A stretch of 64,000 bases of DNA from a virus: positions 1-64,000 of the IMG/VR virus record IMGVR_UViG_3300037851_000572, one strand, 5' to 3'. The first letter of the stretch is position 1. Every line of letters starts with the position of its first letter. The notes under the pieces were generated by a model. That model was not told the DNA's origin, made no database searches, and saw only the letters and a list, made by a program, of their open reading frames with translations. The position numbers were made by a program, and so were the translations under genes. Below, in pieces: positions 36,507 through 46,600 of the stretch.

Positions 36507-38718
36507 CCTGGAACGCGAGGACCTTGAGCCCCTCGATGACCTCTTCCGTGGAGCGTACCGCGCGCTCGAGTGCGGTTGAGGAGACATCACTGACGCCGAC
36601 GCGGCTGGCGAGCAGGAGGTCGCACAGCTTCGTCTGCGAGTCCTCGAGCGTGGGCAGGTAGCTCACGAAGGTCATGAGGTTCTCGGGGTTGATGAAACCC
36701 AGAGAGAGCACCGTATCGACCGCCGTCGGGTCTGGGATGACCGCCGCTTCCTTCATCAGGTCCTTGCGGAACAGGGGGACCATATCGTGCAGCTCCGCAG
36801 CGCGTCGCTGCGCGTACGCCTCCTGCTCCGCCGCCAGCTTGATGGACCGCTTGGTGACCACCTTCACCGGCTCGTTGAGCGAGTGCCCGAGCTTCTCCAC
36901 CCCGTACCCCTGGTGCACCCCAAGGGCTGCCAGCAGGAACATGGCATCGTCGAGCCCGAGCATCTCCCGCTCCGCCGAGGCGAGCTTCGCCACCCCAGGG
37001 CCCGTGAAGGTGAAGCAGTCGTGGTCGCCCCGCACCCACACGTGGCTCTGCTTCTCCCCGCCGCCCTGACCCTCCCCGATGTCGGGCTCGTTGCTCTCCA
37101 TGTCTTCGGGGACCGCCTCCGAGGCGCCCTCGTGCCAGTCCTCCGGGGCCTCCTCCCCACCTTCGCCGCCCACCAGGGACACGGCGTTCGCGGTGCCCAA
37201 CGGCGTCCACTGCCAGTGGTCCGGCACGAGCACCTTACCCTCAGGCGACTGCATCACCGTCTGGATGTTGGGCTGCACGCTGACCTGGACCGGGCGGCCG
37301 TCGAACGTCTCCCCGATGAAGGTCGCGGGCTCCCCTGGGCTGGTGTAGGAGCCCCCGCCCAGCTCGAGCGGGATGGTGGCCTGCAGCTTGCCCTCGTCGG
37401 TGTGGCTGAAGAAGGCGCCGGTGCCGCCCACCATGCCGGTCGGAAGGCTCGCGCCGTCTCCCGCCGGCGTCCCGAGGATGTCCGGCTGTACGGCCGAGTG
37501 GGAGCCGTTGGTGAACATCGCCAGGGGCAAGGGCTGCCCGTCGACGTCGAGAAGGTTCGGGATGACGTACCCGATGAGCTCCTTACCCGACTCCTCGTCG
37601 ACGACCTTGTAGAGGCCGGATTCGTGCACAGGGAGCGCCTCCGGCGCATCGAGGGGGCTCCCCTCCTGTGCGTCCGCCCCATCCGCCATAGTGACCTGCC
37701 CCGCCTCATCAGCGGCCAGCGCTACCTTCTCCCCGAAGGACTGCACGACATCCCTGCGGGTGAGCGGGACGGTCATGGGACGCCAGTAGACGTGGCTCGC
37801 CGTCTTCATCAAGTAGCCGTCGTTGGTGCGCAGCAGCTGCACCACCGTCGGTTTGATGTGCAGAGCCAATGCCTCCGCCGTCTTCTCCACGCTCACCGGT
37901 TCGCGGTTCGCGAGCAGACCAAGCGGGCCCACCAGCGCCTGCGCGTTCACGCTGTACGCCGCCTGCAGCCCGCGGTCCCCCGCGAGCTTCTCGAAGAACC
38001 GGTCGATGTCCTCACGGTAGTAGGTATCGAACGTGGCCTGCAGCAGCGACGCCGTCTTGCGGAAGGCCACCTTCGAACGCGACGCCGTCTTCTTCATACT
38101 CGGCTTGGCGGCCTTCGCCTGCTTCGTGTAGCGGAAGCCCTGGTCGTGCCGCTCGAGCTCCTTGATGAGGAACTCCTCGAGGACGGAGCTCTGCTTGCCC
38201 ATGCCGCCGCCCATGCCGACGGTCATCCCACCACCGCCGAAGCCGTAGTTCTGGCGGTACGGCGGATAGAGCTGACCAATCATCGACTGGTCGCCCGGCG
38301 TCTGGCTGGTGACGTCGAAGGACTGCGGGCGGAAGAGCGACTGCCGCAGCCGGTTCTCCGTCAGGGGGAGCACCTTCGACTGGTCGCTCACCAACAGGTC
38401 GAACGGAGAGAGCTTCCGCTCCTTGATGACCACAGGGATGCGCACCGAGCGCATGCCCGCCGCCGCGAGCATGTCCGGGTCCGCGCTGTCCTGCGCCTCG
38501 GTCTTGTTGGTGAGCTCCACCTGCCCCAAGCCGTAGCCTCGCTCGCTGTCCACCTTCTCCATGGTGACGTGCGGCTGGAAGTCGGCGATGTACGGGACCT
38601 GCTGGTACAGCTCCTGGAGTACTTCCTGCGGCCACTGGTTGGGGTCTTCCGAGAGGTCGACCTCCCCAGCGGTCTTCTCGAACTCCACTTCCGGCTGAAT
38701 GAACAGGGGCTGCATCAT
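36499..38718 (-). CDS. Large hypothetical protein (about 740 aa)
   Basis: ATG at 38718 after GAGGAA (alternative GTG at 38730 in a GTGA overlap). Contains GFGGGGMTVGMGGGMG and VAKLASAE. Confidence 0.65.
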   Translation of the reverse strand: MMQPLFIQPEVEFEKTAGEVDLSEDPNQWPQEVLQELYQQVPYIADFQPHVTMEKVDSERGYGLGQVELTNKTEAQDSADPDMLAAAGMRSVRIPVVIKERKLSPFDLLVSDQSKVLPLTENRLRQSLFRPQSFDVTSQTPGDQSMIGQLYPPYRQNYGFGGGGMTVGMGGGMGKQSSVLEEFLIKELERHDQGFRYTKQAKAAKPSMKKTASRSKVAFRKTASLLQATFDTYYREDIDRFFEKLAGDRGLQAAYSVNAQALVGPLGLLANREPVSVEKTAEALALHIKPTVVQLLRTNDGYLMKTASHVYWRPMTVPLTRRDVVQSFGEKVALAADEAGQVTMADGADAQEGSPLDAPEALPVHESGLYKVVDEESGKELIGYVIPNLLDVDGQPLPLAMFTNGSHSAVQPDILGTPAGDGASLPTGMVGGTGAFFSHTDEGKLQATIPLELGGGSYTSPGEPATFIGETFDGRPVQVSVQPNIQTVMQSPEGKVLVPDHWQWTPLGTANAVSLVGGEGGEEAPEDWHEGASEAVPEDMESNEPDIGEGQGGGEKQSHVWVRGDHDCFTFTGPGVAKLASAEREMLGLDDAMFLLAALGVHQGYGVEKLGHSLNEPVKVVTKRSIKLAAEQEAYAQRRAAELHDMVPLFRKDLMKEAAVIPDPTAVDTVLSLGFINPENLMTFVSYLPTLEDSQTKLCDLLLASRVGVSDVSSTALERAVRSTEEVIEGLKVLAFQDG

Positions 38719-38726
38719 GTCGTTCC

Positions 38727-39398
38727 TCACGGCGGTACTCGGATTATGGCATCGAAACCGACCTTAGCAGAAGGCGCGGCCCCGAAGAGCAGGACACCGA
38801 AGACCCCGGGGGTGTCTACCCCGAGAGTAGCCGAGTCGGCCACAGCCTCTAGCTGCCCATTTGCAACCTCCCCGTCCAAGTAAGCGGAGACGGCGCGGAC
38901 TGTGGTGTCTGAGAACGCGATGCAGAAGATGGGACCGGCGTTAAGCGCAGCAGCGAAGCCGGCCGCCGCCTTGATGGCTGGAATCTTGATGGCCAGCGCC
39001 AGCTTGATGAGTACCTGGATGGAGCCGAGCTGAAGGGACAACGAAGCGGCAAGAGCCGCCGCCGCGGAGAGCTCCGCACCCAGCGATAGTTGGATGGGGG
39101 GCAGGCCGAGGGATAGCGCTGCCGCCAGAGCCGCCTGTAGTGAAGCCAGCGCAGCTATCGACGCCTTCAACGAGGCCACCAACCCGAAGTCCCCGATGCT
39201 CAGGCTGAGGGACAGGGAGGCCTGTAGCGCGAGAGCCGCATTGAACTGCGCACCGAGGGAGAGCCCGAAGGGCCCCAGCCCCAACGCGATGAGCGCGTCT
39301 ATCTGCGCCCCCAACGGATTGAGGAACGCCACAGCAGCTGCCGCCCCGATGTTGAAGTCGAGCAGCTTGAGGGCGCGGTATGCGTCGGGTAGCGGCAT
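38727..39398 (-). CDS. Ala/Leu/Ser-rich repeat protein
   Basis: Imperfect repeats of about 28-30 aa: LGAQIDALIALGLGPFGLS / LGAQFNAALALQASLSLSL / LKASIAALASLQAALAAALSLGL / LGAELSAAAALAASLSLQLG. Follows the spike gene directly. Confidence 0.6.
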   Translation of the reverse strand: MPLPDAYRALKLLDFNIGAAAAVAFLNPLGAQIDALIALGLGPFGLSLGAQFNAALALQASLSLSLSIGDFGLVASLKASIAALASLQAALAAALSLGLPPIQLSLGAELSAAAALAASLSLQLGSIQVLIKLALAIKIPAIKAAAGFAAALNAGPIFCIAFSDTTVRAVSAYLDGEVANGQLEAVADSATLGVDTPGVFGVLLFGAAPSAKVGFDAIIRVPP

Positions 39399-39399
39399 G

Positions 39400-40623
39400 T
39401 CAGACGAGGATGGTGGGGTTACCGGAGCTCACGACACCCGTCAGTATTTGTCCCGGGGTGACGGTGCCAGGGCCTGCCGGGGTGACTACAGCGAGGGGCA
39501 GGTCAATCATCACGCGAACAGTGGAGCCCACAGAAGCCACCGGCTTACCACCGCTGTTTAGCACCAAGCCTCCACCGCCGGTACCAAGCTCGGCGCCCTG
39601 CTTGCCCACGAGCCTGACCGTGCCCTCCGCCTCGAGGGAGACGTTCTTCCTGCAGAAGATGGTGATGTCGTCGTCGACTGTGAGGCGGAGCTTCTTCTTC
39701 ACCCGCAGGTTCACCGAGCCCTCCCAGCGAGCCATCATGCCGCCCGCGCGGTCAACGAAGATGCGCAGCTTCACATCGGCGGGGTCCGCCTTGAACTCCC
39801 CCGAGTCCGTCTCGAAGCCGTTCCTCGCCAGCGCGAGCTCGTACACCACCTGCTCCGACGTCCCTATCTCGAGCTGATTGTTGTTCGAGTCCTCCCCCGC
39901 ATCTCCCACTGGCTCCCCCGTAGGGGAGCGCACATACCCTACAGCGACACGGAGGTCAGCGTACTCGTCATTGGCGTAGACGCGGTACGTGCTCCTGCAC
40001 TCTGCCGTGGGGGCTTCGCTTCCTCGGTCTTGAATCCCCCAGTTGACGGAACCAGCCCCATTGAAGTGGTTGTAGTTCTGGCTGATGTCCGTCACCAGAT
40101 TCTGCAGCGGGATGCAGATGCGCTGCGCCAGCGGGCCCGAGCCGAACTGAGCCACGCCCCCTCGGTGCAGAATCATGAAGTTGCCGTCTCGCCCACGCGC
40201 AACGATGTCCCCGGGCTTGCCCCGCTTCCTACCGCCGGCGTAGGTGAAGTTGCTCTTCTCCGTCGTATCCTCACCCGAAGACGGCGTCTGCTGCGTGACC
40301 ATCGGCATGATGAACGCGAGCACGAAGGGAGGCGGACCGTCGGATGGGATGCAGATGAGGCACTTGGACCCCACTTCCGGAACGGCGTAGATGCCCTCCC
40401 CTTGATTGGGGTTCATGTACGGGCTCGCCACCTGAAGGTCGAGCATGGTCTTGCGGTCGAAGATGGTGGAGACGTCGACCGTCCAGTTCACCATGTTGAC
40501 GTTGAAGACGCGCGCCTCGTGGATGTAGGCGGGTACGGACCCCTCAGGCTGCACCCACCCAGAACGGCCGAAGCTCGTCCACGTGAGCGGGTTGAAGTAC
40601 GTTGTTAGTCCCTTGAGCGGCAT
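39400..40623 (-). CDS. Baseplate central spike (gpV / gp5-OB / VgrG-like)
   Basis: OB-fold pattern VFNVNMVNWTVDV...GEGIYAVPEVGSKCLICIPSDGPPPFVLAFI, then a beta-helix-like C-terminus. The ATG directly abuts the RNAP stop (TAGATG). Confidence 0.65.
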   Translation of the reverse strand: MPLKGLTTYFNPLTWTSFGRSGWVQPEGSVPAYIHEARVFNVNMVNWTVDVSTIFDRKTMLDLQVASPYMNPNQGEGIYAVPEVGSKCLICIPSDGPPPFVLAFIMPMVTQQTPSSGEDTTEKSNFTYAGGRKRGKPGDIVARGRDGNFMILHRGGVAQFGSGPLAQRICIPLQNLVTDISQNYNHFNGAGSVNWGIQDRGSEAPTAECRSTYRVYANDEYADLRVAVGYVRSPTGEPVGDAGEDSNNNQLEIGTSEQVVYELALARNGFETDSGEFKADPADVKLRIFVDRAGGMMARWEGSVNLRVKKKLRLTVDDDITIFCRKNVSLEAEGTVRLVGKQGAELGTGGGGLVLNSGGKPVASVGSTVRVMIDLPLAVVTPAGPGTVTPGQILTGVVSSGNPTILV

Positions 40624-43600
40624 CTAGTAGCTCCACGAGGGGAGGCCGGCGATGTGCGGAGGCTTGAACAGGCTCTTCTTCTTCGCCAACCCGAACTCTG
40701 CCCCGTACGCCATCCCCGGCGTGGGGTTGAGTCCGTGCAGGTCGGAGACGGCGCCCTCAGCTGCCGCGTCCGTCAGCGTCTTCGTCAACCGCTCGTGGTT
40801 GAGCTTCGCCATCCAATCCTCTTGGACGACCAGAGGCATGACGTCGATACCCTTGAGGACCGGTGTGTAGTCCGCCGGTCGCCGCCCCTGCTGAACCAGC
40901 GCCCGATTTGTGGCGCGCATCTCGGACGTAGGCTGAAACTCCCCCTTCAGCACGCCTTCCACGTCACCGGGGTGGGTCACCCTGGACACATTACCCAGTG
41001 CCCGCACCACCGTCTCGATGTGCTGGCGGCGAACGCCCTCTGGTTTGAAGATGGAGTGCAGCTCCGACGCCAGGTAGTTCTGCACCTTCTCGATGTTCCG
41101 CGTAGCTCGGTAGAGGTCGTGGGGGTTCACATGCGAACGCGTGGGGTCGCTGAGGGAGTGCCCCGCCTCCACCTTCATACCCACCACCGGGGGCGCCCAG
41201 CTGCCAACCGGTCCTACCGGAGAGAGCAGCGAACGGCCCGCGCGGTCGAATGGTACGAAGTGCTTCACGTCGTTGATGTAGACGTTGTGCCCGGTGCGCT
41301 CCGGCTCAATCTTGGTGATGGTACCTGAGGTCATCGCCAGCGCAGCCGCGTCCGGAATCTTCTTGGGCAGCAGTGTCAGCTGCTGCGTACGCTCGAAGGC
41401 GCCCAACGTCCCCGCACCACCAGTGCCCTTCACCCCACCCGAGTGGAACGCCTTGAGGGCTAGCTGCACCGAGCGCTCCCCGAGTGCCTGCGCCCCCAAG
41501 ACCCCCACGTTCGAGCCCAGGTCGTAGTACGTACCGTTCGGACTCAGCCCTGCGCACTTCTGGCACAGACCCTTCCCGTGCTCGCACTTCATCGCGGAGC
41601 GGACCACGACCTGCGCTCCCTTGTCCAAGCGGCGCATCTGCCCCACCACGTCGGGGCTGAGAACGGTGCCCGCTGGGAAGGTGCGGCCCTTCACCACAGC
41701 GTCAGCAGCTAGCTCTCGGTCGTAGACCTCCTCCTTACCGACGGGCATTCCGATGCCGCGGGAGGTACCGCAGTCGTGCCCTGTGACCACCAGGTTCATC
41801 GTGCTGTGGACCAACCGCTTGGAGAAGTAGCCCGGGTCTCGCACCTCCTGCACCTTCTGGATGGCGCCCTTCCTCGCACCGCTGGACTGAATCCAGTACC
41901 CGGCGAGGTCGAGGCCTTCGGAGTACGACTTCGTCACCGGCATCGGGATGGTGCGCCCACGCGCATCCTCCAGAAGCATGGGAGCGAGGCGCATCTGCTG
42001 GTACTGCTTCCAGCTGGGCTTGACGCCGGCGTCGAGCATCTTGAACAGGTTGTCCGACTTGGCTCCCGCCTTGGCCCGGTGCTCCTTCTCCATCTGCTCG
42101 GTGGCCTTCGTCCACTCCTCGATGGTGCGCACCTCCTTCTGCTCCGGGGTCAAGCTCCCACGACGGATGGCGTCGACACGCTTCTGCGTCTCCTGCACAA
42201 CCCGGTCCCGAACCTCACGGTCTGGACGGAAGTCCTCCAGCCCCAAGGAGTGCGTGCCCACGGGCACCACCTGCGACTGGGCGGGATTACTAGGATTGCG
42301 GAGCGTGATGTGCCCGTACGAGGCCTCGAAGCCGTAGTCCTTCAGCTTGTTGGCCGCGTCTGCGAAGTCCGCCTTGTGCTCCTTCGCGAGCTGACCGTAC
42401 AGCTCCCCCACCCCACGTGCGCTGAGCTTGAAGTCGTGGTCGTGCAACACCTTCGCCTGCATCGGCTTGGGCAGCGCGTCGGCAATCAGCACCCGACCTG
42501 GGGTGGTCTTCCCGTACCCTTCGATGTGGGCCAGCTCATCGATACGATGGGAGCCCGCCTGCACTGCCTTCATCGCATCGGCTGCGTTGGCGAAGCGCTT
42601 CTTCCCGCTGCCCGTCACCTGGGTCATCTTGTAGAGACCGAGCGCGCTGTCGAGCGTGGGGGTGAACGTCACCCTACCCGTCGCCTCGTTGAAGAGGTTG
42701 CGGGTGGGCATCATCCTGCGCGCCTCCTCCACCGCGTCGTCGCTGATGGGCACGTACATACTCATAGCGTCCCCATCGAAGTCAGCGTTGTATCCGCTGA
42801 CGACGAGCGGGTGCACCTTGATGGCCTTGCCTTTGGTGGGGCGCACGGTGAACGCCTGCACGTTGTGCTTGTGCAGAGCCGGGTCACGCTTCATCAAGAC
42901 GGGACGGTCCGCCACTGCCGCCTCGAGCGCCTTCTGCACACCAGCGTTCGTGTACGCCCCCTTCTTCGCCAGAATCTCCTGCGCCTCGAGGGGGTGCTTG
43001 GCCATCCCCAACGACACCATCTTCTGCACGACGAAGGGACGGTAGAGCGTGATGGCCTGCTCCCGAGGAACGGCCACCTCGTCCAACCCAAGCGCCGGCT
43101 CAGGGACAATGGTCGAGCGCATCGTCATGTCCTGACGACGGGACAGCAGCGTCTTCTGGAAGTAGCCCTCCTTAGGGGAGTTCCCAGAGATGAGCTGCAT
43201 GATGCCCTTGTTCTCGCCCTCCGACTCCGCCTTGGACCTGCCCACCCCAATGAGTGCCCGGAGCCCATCGTACTGGGCCCGACGCGACTCCCGGAGCTCC
43301 GCGTCGTCCACACCCAAATGCGACCGCTTCTTGTAGCCCTCCAACTGCCCGTTGTTCGCAGCGAAGTCCTTGTACAGCCCGTTGAGGTCCTCCCACCGGA
43401 CGCTGCCGTCTTGCATGACGCTCGGTGGACGCATCGCCGGGGGCAGCACGGGCACATTCCGCAGGACGTACGCCTCGTGCGGACGGATGTCCTTGGCGTG
43501 CAGCAGCCCCAGGTACTTGACCTTCTTCAGTGCCGTATCCAGCTTCTGCGTGGCCGCGCCGTGAGCGATGCCCGCTGGGATGCGCGCGTCGTCTAGCTCC

Positions 43601-46600
43601 TTCTGCGCCTTGGCTAGTTCCTTAGCCACGTCCAGCCGCTCGAGCGCGGCAGCGATAGCAGGACCGCCTGTCTCTCCCTTGCCCAGTGGGACCACCTTGC
43701 CGCGTGCATCCAGTGCGCTATCCCCACTGACAACCGCGTTGAACTGCGTCCCCGTCAGCCCGAGTACCTTCTTGATGGGCTCCTCGTAGACGGGATTCGG
43801 CATCGGCTCCGCCAGCTTGAAGTGCGACCACCGCTTGCCCCCTATCCCGCCGGTGGCTCGCTCATCGAACAGGCCGCCAGGGATAGGCTTCAGGCTACCG
43901 TCCCTGTCCAACGTGGTCGACGTCAAGCGGCTCGGCTGACGCAGCTCCCCGGCTGACATGGCAAGGATGTCCTTGTCGGTGAGGGGGGACAGCTGCAACT
44001 TGCTGCCCTTCTTCTCCACGTTGACGCCCGCCGCCCGCAGCATGTCGGTGAACTTCTGAAAGGCGAACGTCGGACGAGGAGCGGGCAGCGGCAGCCCCTG
44101 CTGGATGTTGTTCCACACCTCGTGGTGCTGACTGGGCCACTTCTTGCCCTCGGGTGCTGGGTCGGGCCCCTCACTCTTCCACGTCTGCATCTCCCGGATG
44201 TTGGCGGTGGCGCCGTGCGCCAGCAGCACGTTGATGCCGAGACTGCCGATGGACTGCCCGCTCGCCTTGCCGCCACTCGTTGGCTGCAGGTTGATGTCGT
44301 AGGTCTCCGGTGTCTCTCCACGCAGCGTCATGCCCGAGCGCGCCAACGCTTTCTTGTCGACCTGATGGTGGAGCTTCAGCATGTGCTGATACCCCACGAG
44401 CGCCTTGCCTAGCGACTTGCCCGTTGCTGGGTCGATGAGCTCCTCTTGGTCCTGAAGACCTCGCGCCGCCAGCTCCTTCTGCATGCGACCGACCTGGTCG
44501 ACCCCGTGCTCGAAGTTGTCGATGATGAAGGGCTTGCCGTCCTTCTTCGCTATCTTGGACGCGACGGTCTCCAACACCTGCCCGATGTTCATGCGACCCG
44601 GGATGCCAGACGGGTTCAGCGCTACCTGGATGCGCTCGCCGCCTTTGGTGACCGGCATCTCCTCGTCCGGCACCACCTTCGTGACGATGCCCTTGTTGCC
44701 GTGCCTGCCCGTAATCTTGTCGCCCACCTGCATGGGCTCCACGGTACGGACGTGGACGCTGACCTCTCCCCGCTTATTCCGATACACGCCCACCACTTCA
44801 CCGGCGTGGCTGCTGTCCCAGCGAAGGGACGCGTCGGTCTGCTGCCCCGACAGACTGCGCCGGATGCGGGCGATGCCAGACCGGTCGTTTATCTGAACCT
44901 GGCGCGTGTTCAGAACGAGCGGGTCGCCCGGCAGCACCTTCTGCCCGACGCGCACCACGCCATCATCCCCTAACTTCTCGTACTGCTCCTTGCGGTACGC
45001 CTCCGGGTGCTGAATCTGGAACTTCTTCGGGTTCCCTACGTCCCCCTCCTGCACCTTTAGCTGGGGCTTGTGCATGTGCACGGAGCGGAGGCTGTGCGCG
45101 GCGCTCTCGCTGATGACCACGCCGTCCTCGAAGTTGTACCCCTTGTACGGAATGTAGGCGACGGTGAGGTTCTTCCCCAGCGCCAGCGTGCCCCCGCGCG
45201 TGTAGTTGTTGTCGGCGACGTTCTGCCCCGCACTCACGCGGTCGCCGACCTTCACGGTCGGCGTGGAGTCCATCACGCTCTTCGAGTCGTTGAGCGGGAA
45301 GTTGTTGTACAGTTGCACCCTGTGCTGCTTGCCATCCTCACCCCGGATGACGACACCACGCTCCTTGTCTGCGTGCAGCACCGTCCCCGCCACCGGCGCG
45401 CTGTGCGCTGAGTGGCGCCCCACGAACTCCTCGTAGGAGCGCACGCCCTTGCCACCCGTCCCCACCTGAACCAGCGGAACATCACGGTCCTCCAGACTGA
45501 TGGCCTGCTCGAGGTGGCTCGTGGCGTAGGTGGCGCGGTTGCCCGAGTTGTTCCCCATGAACGGGATGAGGTTGGACGTCATGGAGAACGCCTGCGACGG
45601 GTGGTACATCGCGTAGTCGGCGTCCTTGAACGGTTGCTCCTCGAGCTCGTTCTTCACAGACGACACCTTCACCGTCGAAGAGACGGGACGGGGGCGCTGG
45701 TCGTCCCCCCACTTCACCTGGTCGGGGAGCACGACGCTGGAGCGCATGAACGTCCGCGGCCCGATGAGCTCCTTCTTCCCCGTCCGCAGGTTGTAGACGG
45801 GAATCATCGGCTCCTTGCCCACCTTCTTTACGCCGATGGGTAGGTGCAGAGTCACCCCCGTCTTGCTGTTCCCGAGCCACACCGGCCTCTTTCCGTTACG
45901 ACGCACGTACAGAAAGGTCCCCGGAACGGAAGCGCAGTACACGTCACCGGCGTAGTCCACGGTGTAGTAGGGAGAGTGTCGGGTTCTCGACGAAGTCTGG
46001 GAAGAACACTCTGACTTCCGAAGTAGCCGTACCTCGTACACGTCTAGGTAGCGCTCCTGCCTCTTGTCCTCGTACCTCTTGAGCGTCGTGGGATACCCCA
46101 AAGAAATGGCGAGCTGCTCCACCTCAGTAGCCAACCGAGCGGAAGTGGTGGTGTACGACGCGGAGTTCTGCTTTACCCGAGCGTGCGTGGTCGTCAGCCT
46201 GCCATCCCCCCACAGCAACGCGTCAAGAAGACGGCGACGTGCGGTCAGAGGCCACTGAAGAAAGCCAGACGGAAGCCTCTTCTCGGAAGCGGTGGTGCCA
46301 AGCTGCTGCATGTAGTGCGCTAGCTGCTTCACCCCTATGGTGTACCTGTTCCGACCCTCCTCCCTCTTCGAAACACTCCAAGAGTAGGGGAGCTGACTAA
46401 GCAACCAAACAATACGACTGCAGCAGTCCGCGTTGCAGTCGCTCTGAAATAGGTGGACGTGGTACGTGGAAGATTCCTCGTCGTAGCGGCAGTGGCCCTC
46501 GCTAACGAACCATCCCACCAACTCTGCCCACAGCTCAAAGGGCACGGAGTCAACATTGACGCTAGAGTTATTCCCCTCAACAACCGGCACGTAGAACAAC

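Noticed and set aside
36787-38883. Very long alternative-frame or antisense ORFs. Examples: 36787..38883 (698 aa), 41776..43596 (606 aa), 10238..12019 (593 aa), 19539..20810 (423 aa), 9054..10262 (402 aa), 28189..29484 (431 aa), 21559..22659 and 22828..23709.
   Set aside because: The translations are Arg/Gly/Pro/His-rich and lack motifs. They overlap ORFs with clear family signatures or good RBS and coupling. Stop-poor shadow frames are expected in high-GC DNA.
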